Shown here: piece after piece, positions 37,128 through 50,879 of the stretch
Numbering within the stretch: position 1 is the stretch's first letter
Layout of the letters: each line of letters begins with the position of its first letter
Translations under genes and position numbers: made by a program
Assembly: GCF_006345805.1 (NCBI RefSeq)
Contig: NC_042998.1
Span: forward strand, 156,984,001-157,048,000
DNA from: Octopus sinensis
Taxonomy: Eukaryota
Reading direction: 5' to 3'
DNA: 64,000 nucleotides
Notes under the pieces: generated by a model
What the model was told of the DNA's origin: nothing
Databases searched by the model: none
What the model saw: only the letters and a program-made list of their open reading frames with translations

Positions 37128-38370
37128 ATATTAATTCAATGAGTAGGTAGTTCGGTGGATCAAACAACTGAAAAAATACCCACTAATGAATCCAACATGC
37201 AGTACTTATGACTCTTTACAGTCCTCTAGCAACTGGCAGGAAGGAGGATGGGAGAAAGTTATCCTCAAGTTGGTGACTTGGTCTGAATGCTTGCAACTGA
37301 TTAGATTATACTCAATAACCAGGTGGTTATGTTAAACTAGGTAATGGATTAAGTCTACCATTAGGAATATCAAGAGCCAGAAAACACCCTGTTTGATGTC
37401 CTAATGATTCTGCCAGTTAACTGCCCTAGGTTAGTACTTTATTGATTCATTCTGTAAAGATAAAAGGCAACACGTAACATAAAAGGGCTGGCATCTTTGA
37501 ATTACACATACAATCTATCCAATGAGCTTCTATATAGTTTTCATTTATCCAATTTCTCTCAAAAGGCAATGGCTGACCCAAGGCTACAACAAAAGACACT
37601 TACTGAAGAAGCCATGGAGTGGGTCCAAATGCAGGGATCCATGATTTCAAATTCAACTTCTTAATTAGTTGGCTATACCTTTGTGCAGGTGATGAAATAG
37701 TACCTCATTAATTGGTATTGTTAATTCCAATTTCTCTCAGACTTCTTGAACAACTGTTTTTGTGACGGTGTCATTGCTCAACCCTGATCCAGCAGACATG
37801 ATCACAGATGTTCCAGCTGAGATCTCTCTTACACACACAATTTAGAAACACTGAGATTGAGTTACCACTGGTCAGATTGCATGTCCAACCAACAACTATA
37901 CTCACAAACTTGGATGTACCCTGTTACATGTATGATTCAGGAGTGTCAGTTCAGACTGTTTGGCCATGTTGCTGAGTTGGATCTTGCATATTGTGTTCTC
38001 TTCTCTGAAGGTCCAGCTAGGGTGACAGATCATGTTAGTTGGCCACATGCCACATGGTCATAGTGGATGAAGAAGTATCTCACAGAAATGAAGACTGACT
38101 GGAATACTGCTCACAAAGGGTTTTTGGGATGATCTAAGCAAATACTGATAAATGGTGGATGCAGTAACATGCTGCAATACTGCATGCCTCCATACCTCAC
38201 CTAACTTGTGGAGTCAGGTAGTTTGTGCTCTCTCTCTCTGGTATTGTGCTGTATCAATGGCTAAGACATTGAATTAAGCTTCACAAAACTTGCAATGCTA
38301 AGTTTAATTTTACTTTACATAAGTAGTCAACAATTATTTGAAATTTAATTTTTTTATATTAATAAAAAAG

Positions 38371-41128
38371 AGGGATCTTTTATTCTAGAATTTCATCACT
38401 GATGAACAGAGAATATACTTTCAAGAACAAATGTCAAATATAGGAACATTCCATATTTGGAGACTATGTCAACAAATTTGAATTATTTATGCTCAGTGAG
38501 ACAATTTCAGTTGCAACATATGTGCCTCACTTATGCACATGGGAAACCAACATCAAATGATGAGAACAGTAGTGATGATGGTCACGATAGTTGTAATGAT
38601 AGTATTAATGATAAAGACGATGTTGCTGGTAGTAGTGATGGAGATTGCTACATCCCTAAAATGATTTTCTGAAGCCCCAATCAGTTTTGATTGAGCAGAT
38701 AAACAATGGAGATGAATTTTTATTGCTTAGCACTATATTAGCCCTATATGAGCAGACCTATATTAAAAGGTGTTCCATCTATGATTGCCTCAACTAACCT
38801 TCGTACATTATCCTTCCACTTTTAAAGACAGTATTGTGATTTAAGTGAGACTTGGTTGCTATTTCTAGCAAGTTGACTGACCATGCTGAGGATTGTGATA
38901 AGGTCAATGCAGGTAGTTAACAGTGTTAGATGTCATTTAGATTTGATAAATGTAGGTTAAGACAAACTATGAGTGTTCTTAAGATTTTGATTACAAAGGA
39001 GGCATGCTTTCGTGTCAATTATTCTTTCTAGAAAATATTGCATGTATTAACATTAAGAAGGTCTGTGAGTGGAGATGGAAAGATTACACAGTAGTTTCTG
39101 AAGAAACAGACAGAATTCAAGATTAACTATATTAAGAAGGATTTGATTTATTTTTCACAACAGCTAAATCTGAATCATCAGCTCAGCAGGAGTTCTAACA
39201 AAAATTCAGCTAACTTATACTTGCCCCCCCCCCAACCACCATCACTTTATTGTCATCATCACCTTCATCTCTATCATCATCATCATCAGCAGCAGCACCA
39301 TTATAATCATCATTCTCATTATTAACATCACAGTAACCATTGTAATTTGTTTACAGTTATATATGTGATATTCAAGGGATTTGCAGAAATTTTTTCAAAT
39401 CTGTCTTACACTGTTATAGTGGACTCCAGTAAAGTTTATACAAGTCTATGAAGGAATGCCATTTTGTCGTTTGATCTGTTAGAAATAGCTAATTCTGCTC
39501 AAGTTACATCCTAACATCTTAAGAAGGATACACATGATAACTTAGTTCTGGCTAAATTACTTTGGAATAAAAAATAGTATTGTTACACTGGGACACTTTC
39601 ATTATAGCACTCATATGAGAGTTCTACAATAACACAAAAGCCACCATTGATACTAAGAGTTTACACTATTAGATATGGCAGCTAAATCTCGCACATGTCA
39701 CACTCTGTGCTCTTAAAAAAAATTAGAACATATTAAATACTAAAGTTCTTTATACAATATAACTGAAAACAGACAAGATTATCATGGCCAATAATCTTTG
39801 ATAGTAGGCCTCCCTGATTAGAGCTGACCAGAGGTTAAACAACACTTTCCCTACCATAACATCTAGAATTAAATTGCAACACTAAATCTCTATCTACTTT
39901 TTATTTTATTTTTTAACACCCTTTTTTGTCAGGCTTAGATGAAAGTGATGTTTTGTTTGATGGAACAACAGTCTTTATAGCTAAACTACAAAAATAAAGC
40001 ATGTTTTCTGTTCAGGAAAGTAAATTTGAGAAAGACAGGTACTTTGCTGAGGAACATAATTCTACAGCTCTAACATCTTGTAGCATAACCATATTGTATA
40101 TAATCCAAGGCATTGTATGCCAATACATGAACCTCTTTTAACAATGTGTTAAAAGAAAAAAAGAAAAAGAAAACAAATGCAGTAAAAAACAAGAAAAGAA
40201 AAGCATTCTGATCATTAGGAATGAAATCTAGAATTTTGTATTGTTATTGAATTACATTCGAAGTTGAATCTTCATTTTAATTTCTTAAATTTTTTCTATT
40301 TGACATTTCTCTTGTCTAGATTTGTAAAAGCTCTCAAAGTTCTGTAAAGTCATTAAGAGATGCTGCTGAGTTGTGGTTTTGGAATGTTAAGGAGTGGAAA
40401 GATAAATTTTCCTCCCATAGACAGGACATTTCAGATAGCATTCTTAGATGATTTGGTGTCCATTCTTAACAGTTAATTAAGCTGAAAATCATAGATTAAA
40501 GCATGCTGCATATAAGTGTTTACAGCAGACTTGTCCTCACAATCTATGATACCTTATCTAATCCATCACCTGCATTGACCTTATCACAATCCTCAGCATG
40601 GTCAGTCAACTTGCTAGAAATAGCAACCAAGTCTCACTTAAATCACACAATACTGTCTTTAAAAGTGGAAGGATAATGTACGAAGGTTAGTTGAGGCAAT
40701 CATAGATGGAACACCTTTTAATATAGGTCTGCTCATATAGGGCTAATATAGTGCTAAGCAATAAAAATTCATCTCCATTGTTTATCTGCTCAATCAAAAC
40801 TGATTGGGGCTTCAGAAAATCATTTTAGGGATGTAGCAATCTCCATCACTACTACCAGCAACATCGTCTTTATCATTAATACTATCATTACAACTATCGT
40901 GACCATCATCACTACTGTTCTCATCATTTGATGTTGGTTTCCCATGTGCATAAGTGAGGCACACATGTTGCAACTGAAATTGTCTCACTGAGCATAAATA
41001 ATTCAAATTTGTTGACATAGTCTCCAAATATGGAATGTTCCTATATTTGACAGGTCAAGGTATGACATTTGTTCTTGAAAGTATATTCTCTATTCATCAG
41101 TGATGAAATTCTAGAATAAAAGATCCCT
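38371..41128. repeat. ~545-bp near-identical inverted duplication (38371-38914 / 40568-41128)
   Basis: The same 71-aa spurious ORF appears on both strands with one difference. Arms differ by a few substitutions and small indels. Confidence 0.93.
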
Positions 41129-43385
41129 TTGTCAATTTGAAATTGATGAAATCTGATAGTATTGTTACATTGGGATGCTTCACCCACACAAGAGTTATAC
41201 AACAATAACACAAAAATCACCATTAATACTAAGAGTTTACACTATTAGAAATGGCAGCTATCTTGCAATACATACAGCTAAAGCAAAAGTTTTTTAGGGA
41301 CCCTCAAAATACAATAGTGGGCTCCACAAAATCTTACATGGACCCTCAAGGGCCATTTGAACCCTGGTTGAGAACCACTGATCTAGACAGAAAAAGGAAA
41401 GAAAAACAAAAAAAATTCTTTTTGTGTTTTGTCCTGTTCGACGGAGTGATATAGTATCCCACTATTAACTCTGCTTTGAAGCGTTCTTCAAAGGTAAACT
41501 TTGAATGAATTTGTCCAATCACAAGCACACACACTGTTGTCATCACCCAGAATCAAATAAGACCTGACAGCATGTACCATGCTTTCTTTAATTACTTTAG
41601 GTGCCCATGGAGTCCTGAGCAAAAAATTTACTATTCCTGGCCTTCTCACTCTTGATCCAGCAGAAATGCAGGACGTAATCCCTGGTGGAAAAGAGGGTTG
41701 CACTAGCTCTTGGCTGATAATGAAAGATAAAATTAATCTCACCAAGATTTAAACTCAAAAGGCAGAGTACTGGAAGAAATATTGCAACACTTTTAATCCA
41801 GTGCTCAAACAACATTGCTAATCAAACACAATGTATATGTCAAGTAACACATTAATTATATGCAGTGATTTATACTCCTTGCACAATTTTCCTATTATTC
41901 AGCAAATTATATGTAGAAGAATGTTGTTCTATTAATTTACTGTATGTACATGTAGAGATAAAACAATGGGAGTTCATAAAATATTTGAAAACTCCATTAA
42001 ATTTTAGTGTGGTCATTGTCTACACATGCAAATTAATTCACATTGTGAATGACCTAAAAAGAATATATGACTAACTATCAATATAAATTTTGGAGCCTCT
42101 AAGTGACATTATACAAAAAAAACTTTAAGTAGTCAGTCAATCAATTTGGAGTGAGCCATGAATCTATAGTTCAGATATACTGAACCCCACTCCTTGTTAA
42201 AAACACATTGTACATACCAAATTTTTTACGATATGCAGTCTTAGTGTGCACGTCATATTTTCTTCTTTACCATATGGTGTGTTACTTATCATTGGGTTGG
42301 ATGTTGATATTTCATTTTTAAAATTCAAACCAAAGTGATGCAGAAGAGTGAAATTGGAGATATATTTAATGTTTATTTTGATGGAAACTCAGAATGAACT
42401 TGTCAGGCATCTATAATATATAAAACAAAGGATGTGTGTGAGTGTGTGTGTGCGTGTGTGTGTGTAGTACGTATGCATTTCTACAGTTTTTAACTGATTT
42501 TCCCCAAACTTTACTCACGCATTACTTATGTGCCAAGGATGCTCAAGCACTAGAACATTTTTCCAAGAGTTCCCTTGTAAAGCAAGAAACCAGGAAAAAA
42601 GGTGTTTCACACAGGTTTTTCTCTAAAAAGCTTCTGCAGTTTTCAACCAATTCTCTCTCTTATACTTCTAAGGTTTTCAACTGATTCTCTCTCTTTTTCT
42701 CATTCTCTGTTTCTCTTGCTAACACATACTCTCTCTCACCATCTGTAATATTTCCTCTCTTTTAGTCTGTGTCTGTTTCCTTCATTCTCTCTCTTGATCT
42801 CTCTTTAACTCTCACACAAACTTCTGTCTACAAATTGACAGCCATATATTTCAATTAGTCATGCATAAAAATCTCTGTTCTTACAGTTTTTGTATGTCCT
42901 TCCTGAAATATTATTTAGTTGTTTTTTTAACTTTTGTTCACCTAGTGTTTAAATTCAGTTTTCCTACATCTACCTAAAAATTAACTTCAGTGTATTTCAC
43001 TTTTGTTGTGTGTAAATATCTTTGTCTTTACAGTATTGTATGTTCTCCCTACAACATTACTTTACTAATTTTAAATTTTTTGTACTCTGTATGAATGCTA
43101 TGGGGCACATACAGCTGATAAGCCTTTATTACGAACCAATGGGATTTCAACCAGTCCAATGAGTGGTCAATAATTACATAAGGTTATCCTAAAGTGTCTT
43201 GAGATTTTTCACCCAAGCTATTTTCTTCTAGAGCTTTATATGCTCAAACAGTCTTTGTAAATTTTGCCTACAAATTAACTTCCATGTGTATATATTTAAC
43301 TATATAAACCTATCTATCTATATATATATATACACACATATATGCAGACATTTATACATATATGCATACATAAATATATACATAT

Positions 43386-43670
43386 ATGGCCGATGCCACC
43401 GCCACCATGACTGGCTTCAATGCCAGTGGTACGTAAAAAGCATCAACCTATCGTGGCTGTTGCCAGCCTCCTCTAGCCCCTATACCGGTGGCACATAAAA
43501 AGAACCCACTACACTCACAGAGTGGCTGGCGTTAGGAAGGGCATCCAGCTGTAGAAACACTACCAGATCAGCCTGGAGCCTAGTGCAGCCTCCTCGCTTC
43601 CCAGACCCTGGTCGAACTGTCCAACCCATTCTAGCATGGAAAACAGACCTTAAACGATGATGTTGATGAT
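43386..43670 (+). mobile_element. RTE 3' end or derived SINE
   Basis: GGTGGCACATAAAA...GTGGCTGGCGTTAGGAAGGGCATCCAGCTGTAGAAAC...TTAAACGATGATG. Confidence 0.85.
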
Positions 43671-43777
43671 AACATATATATATATATATATACAAATTGA
43701 GATAGGGGTTGTAAATGCAACCCTTCATGGGATAACATATATCCAATATTTCTCCATTTTCTTATCTTGTATGTATG

Positions 43778-43810
<33 letters not shown>

Positions 43811-43900
43811 ATATGTATGTATATATATAAATATATATGTGTATATATACATATATTTATGTATGTATATACATACATGTATATATGTACATACATACAC

Positions 43901-43958
<58 letters not shown>

Positions 43959-44066
43959 GTATATATAAATATGTATATATATATAACAATTGTAGAGTGG
44001 AAGGTGTTTATAAGCCATTTAAGAAACACACAAGATCGTTAGATTTACTTCAACATTTGAATTTAA

Positions 44067-44117
44067 TTTGTCAAAATATTTTCGGCGCTTTGAGACCGTG
44101 ACCTGTTTACTGACAAA
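44067..44117 (-). ncRNA. HHR-like motif with G3:C8-swapped core (probably inactive copy)
   Basis: Minus strand: TTTGTCA-GTAAACA-GGTCAC(ggtctcaaa)GCGCC-GAAA-ATAT-TT-TGACAAA. 7-bp stem I. Confidence 0.4.
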
Positions 44118-44476
44118 ATTCCGTGCTGCACGGAATTTTAAGGGGAATTTTCCTTGTGTTGTATATCTTTTACTCTGCTTTTTTTGTTGTTTAAAAAAAT
44201 GTCCGTTTCCTTGGTTTTGTTTTTATGTTTTCATTTCTCATTGTGTTCGATGTTTTTTTGGTGTCCTGTACCCATATATGAATGTATATATACATATACA
44301 TGTAGGTACGTACATATATGTATGTATATATGCATATGTTTTATTTATTATTTTGTTATTATATGATGGAATGCCACGCAGCCATTGCCACGCAGCCATT
44401 CCAAGTAAGTTTTATGTATATATATATACATACACATACATATATCATCATCATCATCATATATGTATACATACAC

Positions 44477-44533
<57 letters not shown>

Positions 44534-45169
44534 TATGTATGTATATATGTATATATATCTGTAAATTTAATATGTGGCAATTATTCGGTAGCCATGATAA
44601 AACTCCTAGTTTTGGATGCTGAGGTGGAAATCCACCTAAGAAATAGGACACACACAAAATCATTATTCAAAATAATTGAACATAAGCAATGAAATGGGTT
44701 ATTTACCTTGAGTGTTTAAAAAAAATATTGTACAGGTGCTATGGGTTATTTCCCTTGGGTTTTTAAAAAAATTAGTTATATGAGGTAGATATAAAGGTCC
44801 CTTCCTAGGGCCGTATTATCGATCTTTTTAACAATCTAAGTATATCACGAGGTTACCAGACATGAGTTCTACTAATGTGTCAAGCTTCATCAAAATCAAT
44901 AAAACAATGTAGGAGGAGTTAGCTAACAATGCCACAAACAAACACACACCGATTTTCCACATATATAGTATATATATATATATATTTATGTATGTATATA
45001 CATACATGTATATATGTACATACATACACATGTATATATACATACATATATATATACATATATTTATATATATATATATATATACATACATGCATATATA
45101 TATATACAAACATGCATATATATATATACATACATATAGAAATACATGCATATATATATACAAACATGC

Positions 45170-45201
<32 letters not shown>

Positions 45202-45202
<1 letters not shown>

Positions 45203-45430
45203 AGCACCATCTGATCGTGGCCGTTGCCAGCCTCGTCTGGTACCTGTGCTGGTGGCACATAAAAAGCATCCACTACACTCACGGAGTGGTTGGCGTTAGG
45301 AAGGGCATCTAGCTGTAGAAACACTGCCAGATCAGACTGGGCCTGGTGCAGCCTTCTACCTTCCCAGACCCCAGTTGAACCGTCCAACCCATGCTAGCAT
45401 GGAAAGCGGACGTTAAACGATGATGATGAT
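45202..45430 (+). mobile_element. RTE 3' end or derived SINE
   Basis: Same 3' UTR and (GAT)n tail as 22400-22646, inserted in (TA)n. Confidence 0.87.
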
Positions 45431-45979
45431 ATATATATATGTATGTATACATGGCAGCTTCATCCTCGTTACACGAGAAAAGCCACTGTCAAGAAGATTT
45501 ACTGAAATGATTCATGAGTATTGCCATGTGATGCCCTTATATGACTTTTAAGCCTGGTGAAGCTTTTACACACTTTATTACATACTAGACAATTGTGCTG
45601 GCTGGCAGGAGAAACAGGTGCCATTATATGCACTCACTTAACATGTCTTTTAGACCTCCAACTGAGAGGCATACCCTTCCACATTTTACACACGTTATGT
45701 ATTTTAATAGTCACATCATTGTTTATCATGGGTCGATTTCTATGAGAATTTTTATGGCTCACCAGGCCTGCATGACTCAAACATCTCCGCCCACAAACCA
45801 CACACATAAAAAAACCAACACTCTCTCACTCTTCACAAGCCCCCCTTCTAATTCTCATACTTCACTCTCCCCCTCTCAAACTTTGAACAACCATCATGCA
45901 CTATCTTCCATCATCCATCACAGTCTTGTGCCTCCCTCTCCCAATTACCAGCTGCAATTCCTGTTTGTATTAGAGCATT

Positions 45980-47745
45980 TTTAAGGCAATCCTTAAACCT
46001 TAGTTTAGGCTTATGTGCTGGTCTCCTGCCACTTCCAGCTCACCATACAATAGCTGCTTGGGCAGTCACTCATCACACATCCTTCCTAAATGTTCCCTCC
46101 CACCTCAAACATCTTTGCAAAATCATTGACTCTATACTTCTACTGCCACTTCTCTCAAGCACCTCCACATTATTAACGGCCATTTTCCAGTTTATCCCCC
46201 AAATTTTTCTCAGACAGTATTGATGAAATCATTCCAATTGCCTTACCTGCCTACAGTAAACAACCCATGCCTCACTTCCATATAGCAATGATGGGAGGAT
46301 GCATATGTTATATACCATAACTTTAATTTGTGAAGATATATTATGTTGCTTCCACAGACGCCTATCAAGCCTATCAAAAGCACTACTAGCCCTGCTGATT
46401 CTGCATGAAATTTCATCAAGACCAGTAGTGCTCAAGGTACTTCCTAAATAAATAAATCTTGGTACAGTCTCCAACCTTTGACATTCACAGTTATAAAAGG
46501 TTCCACATACATCTTGGAGGGAGTGGGCTTGTACATTATAACAGTTTTTTTTAGATTGATTATTAGACTCAATGCTGCACATGCTGCAGAAATTGCATTC
46601 ACCATGTGCTATATATCTTTCTGAGAATGTGTCAACAGGTCACAATCATCTGCATGCAGAAACGCAACAAGGTGAGAATGCAGAACTTTTGTTTTGGCAC
46701 ATAGTCTTTTGAGATTGAACAGTTTTCCCATTGTCCTATATCTTATATAGACCCCTTCAGGGCAATCTTTAAAAGCTGTTTGAAAGACTATTGTGAAATA
46801 TATAGCAAACAGTGTAGAAGCAGGAATATCACCATTCTTTACACCATTTTCTACAGAAATTGGATCTGATAAGGTACTTCTAACATTAACTCTCACTTCC
46901 ATCTTGTCATGAAATTGTCTAAACATTCTCACAAATTTTTCAGGGCATCTTAGCTTTTTTAGGATCTCCCAAAGTGAAATTCTATTGATAGAATCAAATG
47001 CTTTTGTTAGGTCAATGAAAACTTGGTATAAGTCCATATCCTGTTCGATGCACTTCTCTTGCAACTGTCTAACCAAAAATATCATATCCATAGTATTCCT
47101 ACTATCCCTAAACCCACATTGCAATTCTAGTAGAACTTCATGAGCAATGTGCAGAAGCAATCTATCCAGCATTACTCTACAGAGGACCTTTCCAGCAACA
47201 GCTAACAGACAGATGCCGCGATAATTATCACAGACATCCTTTCCACCTTTAGAGTTATATAGTATGTCCATAGTCGCATCACACCAATCCAGAGGAACCT
47301 CTTTACTTTGCCAAACCCTCTGAATCACAAAAGTCAACATTGCACAAAGATGATCACCACCATATTTATATATCTCTGCAACTAGTCCATCCATACCAGG
47401 GGCCTTTCCATTGTTCAATTTCCTGATTGCTGCTTTTATTTCAGCCAGGTTTGGAACTTCTGCTATAAGATGTTTTATTAATCTCTCAGGTATATTATCA
47501 AGAAAAGAGAGATCAACTTCAGTGGGTCTATTGAGAAACTCATCAAAATGTTCTTTCCATCTCCCAAGAATATCTTTAGGATTTGTTAATAATTCTGTGC
47601 CATCCTTGCTCTGAAGTGGCACGACTTTTGATGAAACTGGTCCTTAAACTTTTTTCAAGAGAGAGTAAAAAATTTTGGAATTGTTAGCATTTGAAGCTTC
47701 TTGGATTTCATCGTATCTATCACTCCACTAATTTTCCTGCATCAT
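45980..47745 (-). mobile_element. RTE (BovB-like) LINE, RT region, decayed
   Basis: GKAPGMDG, NYRGICLL, QCGFR, FIDLTKAFDSI, GVKNG, LHADDCDL, FIYLGSTLS, LLYGSEAW. Confidence 0.88.
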
Positions 47746-47889
47746 CCGTAGCTTCCTCTGCACTGTTGCTTTTACTGCCTTGTATATGTTTATATGTATG
47801 TATATATATATATGTATATGTCTATATGTATGTATATATATATATATGTATATATGTATGTATATATATATAGACAGATAGATGCATTG

Positions 47890-48206
47890 GCCTATGCCCT
47901 TCATAACGCTTAGGCCAGGGTCGATAGATTAAGAACGAGTTGGCTCTCATACAAGTAATATACACGTCGGATAGCGTATTTTTATCCTTAAGTTTTTATC
48001 AACAAGTTAACTAAAGATGTAGTCTGTTTTCAATGCGTTGCCCCTAACTGCTCAGAAATATCAATTTTGACATGTTCTTTTAACATGTTGCAGTTCTTTG
48101 AGGAAGGAAAAAAAGAAAAAAAAATTGATCGGACGTGTATACTTCTGTCATAAGAGCCAACTGGTTCTTTAACGATCCTGGCGTAAGCGTTATGAAGGGC
48201 ATGGGC
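47890..48206. mobile_element. MITE-like element with ~75-bp imperfect terminal inverted repeats
   Basis: GCC(T/C)ATGCCCTTCATAACGCTTA at both ends, with internal AGTTGGCTCT/AGAGCCAACT and CACGTC/GACGTG matches. No clear TSD. Confidence 0.65.
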
Positions 48207-48595
48207 GAAAATATTAAGTTAGGCATTATTCTAAGAAAGAAAAAAAAAAGTGATATGCAAACGAAGAATATTTCTTAAGATTTATTATGAATTGATCAAT
48301 ACTTTAATGAGATTCATATTCTTATAATGGGTAGTAATAATTGGGTATATTTTCTTTGAATTCTGAAGGGTGAACAGAATTTCGAGCTTGGTATCTGATG
48401 CAATTCTGTGTAAAAAACAACTCCTCGTGCATCTGATATTACAGGTAAGCACAAAATAGAAAACAAAATAAAATTTCTTTTAAAAAGACGTATATAAAAG
48501 CAAAATATTAAGTTTATCTCGTAGAACTGAATTCCAAGGTCGAACAAGCTTTGCCGGCTGTCAGGATTATCTTATTTAGTTGGAAAATAACTTAC

Positions 48596-49198
48596 CTCAA
48601 TCATCTTCACGAATCTTGGGAACACCGGATTTCGTGATACAGGAATTATAGGCACTTTAGGAAAGACATCAGGTACAGAAAGAGTTGTCAGGGCCATGCC
48701 AAATCCGCCAGGACCCAAGTTAGAAAAGCTGCCCTCATCACCTTCGGGGACGACGTTACTATTTTCTTTAGGGGCATTCTCACTGCTATCATCTCCAGAC
48801 GACGACGATGACGACGAGAACAAACGTCTACTTTCATGAAAATACAAACTTCTAGAATGAGGTGTTTTGGAGCCAAGTGCATTCATTACGTAAGATACAG
48901 GGCTCGAAATATCTACATTCCAAAGTAACCCGCCATTAATAGGTGATCGTCTGATATGGTTGCAGTGAACTGGAACGAAAGGGTTTGAAGCGCAGCGAGT
49001 CTGTTGAAATCTTTGCCGACCTTTACAACGCAGATTTGAGACATTGTTGAAATTATGACGAAACTGTGTAGTCTGCCCCCATTCTACCAAGTTCTTGTTG
49101 CTCCTGGAAATTCTACGGACATTTGCGTGCCACTGTATATTTTGTAAAGAGTGAATGTAATGCTGTATACTCAATAGTGACGGTAACTGGCGCTGCAT
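48596..49198 (-). CDS. LONP1: Mitochondrial Lon protease, coding exon 1 (presequence plus start of Lon N-domain)
   Basis: ORF from ATG at 49198. Arg/Ser-rich N-terminus, then [33 protein letters not shown], matching the Lon N-domain start. Ends at GTAAG donor (48595-48591). 603 nt, phase 0. Confidence 0.92.
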
Positions 49199-49243
49199 TT
49201 CTGATGTTTTATTGACGATATTATTATTATTGTTGATGTTCTA

Positions 49244-49250
49244 CGGAAGT
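49244..49250 (+). promoter_or_regulatory. ETS/GABP-type motif (CGGAAGT) just upstream of the LONP1 start codon
   Basis: CGGAAGT ~46 nt upstream of the ATG. Such motifs are common at housekeeping and mitochondrial promoters, but a 7-mer can occur by chance. Confidence 0.3.
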
Positions 49251-49462
49251 AAATATTCAATAAACTTCAGCACATGTAGCAGGAATGTTGAAGGCCAACA
49301 AACCGCCACCGTTCGCCGACTGATACCTAATGATGAAAGGGAAAGATAAGTCTGAAAGTTTACTTCACCTTTGTATGAAGAGTAGCAACAGCAGTTGTCT
49401 GATCTTACCTACTTCTCGTTAATTCTGCCAGTCAGCTGTTCGAATTGGAAGTATTATTATCA

Positions 49463-49984
49463 GGCGGAATTCTGCTTTATGCACGGCTTACATATGTAAT
49501 CCCCTCATAACTTTTTTTTTCTTATTTTAGGGAATTTTCAGAACGTTTTGGGAAATTTGTGTAGGGCGGAATTAAACTCTCATAATTTTCAGAAAAGTTT
49601 TGCGAATTTGTGTTCTACACACGGAAATCATATGACTAAGCAGAAAAAAAAAATTTTAAAAGTGTGATTTAAGGGGTATTTAGATGTCTTTTTTATAGTA
49701 CAGCTCACGACTACCTCATACCGTCCTCGTTTGTTTATCACTCTGACGTGTTGATGTTTTTCAATATCTTTCTCCCCATAAACACATTTAATGGTCTATT
49801 AGGATTTAACCAAAAGTTCGGACTGTGATTAAAAATAAAAATTTAAAGAATTAATTTTTTTTGGCATAATCGTATAAATTCCATTATGCAGAAGACAGAA
49901 TCGAAACAATTTTGAAAAAAAAATTCGTAAAAATAAAAAAAAATTATGAGGGGTTTCAGCATGTGTTTACATCATAATTCCGCC
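49463..49984. mobile_element. MITE-like element upstream of LONP1
   Basis: GGCGGAATT...AATTCCGCC termini with subterminal CCCCTCATAA/TTATGAGGGG. No TSD seen. Confidence 0.55.
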
Positions 49985-50879
49985 GAGTAAACAATAGAAT
50001 CGATCAAATTCATAATTTATCTTAAACAATGCCACAGAATTGTATACGATCTGAAGGTACAGTCACATCCTTCCTTGAATGTTTACATTTTATCATTTAA
50101 ATCTTGGGAAAATAGAGTAATGAAATTAATCCAACAACACATTAAAAAAAAGTCTTTGTTGGCTGCCAAATATAGAAGTAGCGAGCTGGTGTGTGCCAAA
50201 GTCAAAGAGAATTCCTGAACTTGACAATCGCCTATCATTTAGTCTTACTTGTAAAAGTTAGGTTGACTTTTGTGTTGTTTATGCAGTGAGTTACATATAT
50301 ATGCTACTTCTGACAGAACAACTAATAGAGACCTATGATTAACGGTGTTCGAATCTTTTTATAATCCCCTCTGTACTCTTTCTTTTCTTTTTTTATTTTG
50401 TAGGTCGGTAGGGTGTAATTTGAGGAATATTTGGCTGTTAATTCTCGCAAATTTAGTGACCATGTAGAGGTCCCCTCGTTTTAACGCAGTGGCTATGACA
50501 AAATGGGGAAAGACAGTATAGGGAAATCAGACATCCAGCTTTAAACTGTCTTGCCATCTTCTTGTGTATGTGCACGCGCGCTCACGTCTGAGTCAAAAGG
50601 AATTGACTGAAAACACAGATATACTAGAAATAGCGAAAATTTCATCCTGACTTGCCACCATATTTTTTAAATGTAACATGCCACTACATCTTTAAAGTTT
50701 AAAGATACAAATGTCATTGTTAGTGCGTTTATATTTAACAATTACATCAAAATAGTTTTATAGAATTTTGCTAAAAATGTGGCGGCATGTTACATGATGT
50801 AAAAAAATGGTAACTTTCCACCTACCTGATGTTTTTGATACTGGTCTCAATGGAGGTTAGTTAATATTTTTGTCCTTGT

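Noticed and set aside
38457-41027. Nearly identical 71-aa ORF on opposite strands (38457-38672 and 41027-40812)
   Set aside because: By-product of the inverted duplication. Starts at TTG, low complexity, no recognisable domain.
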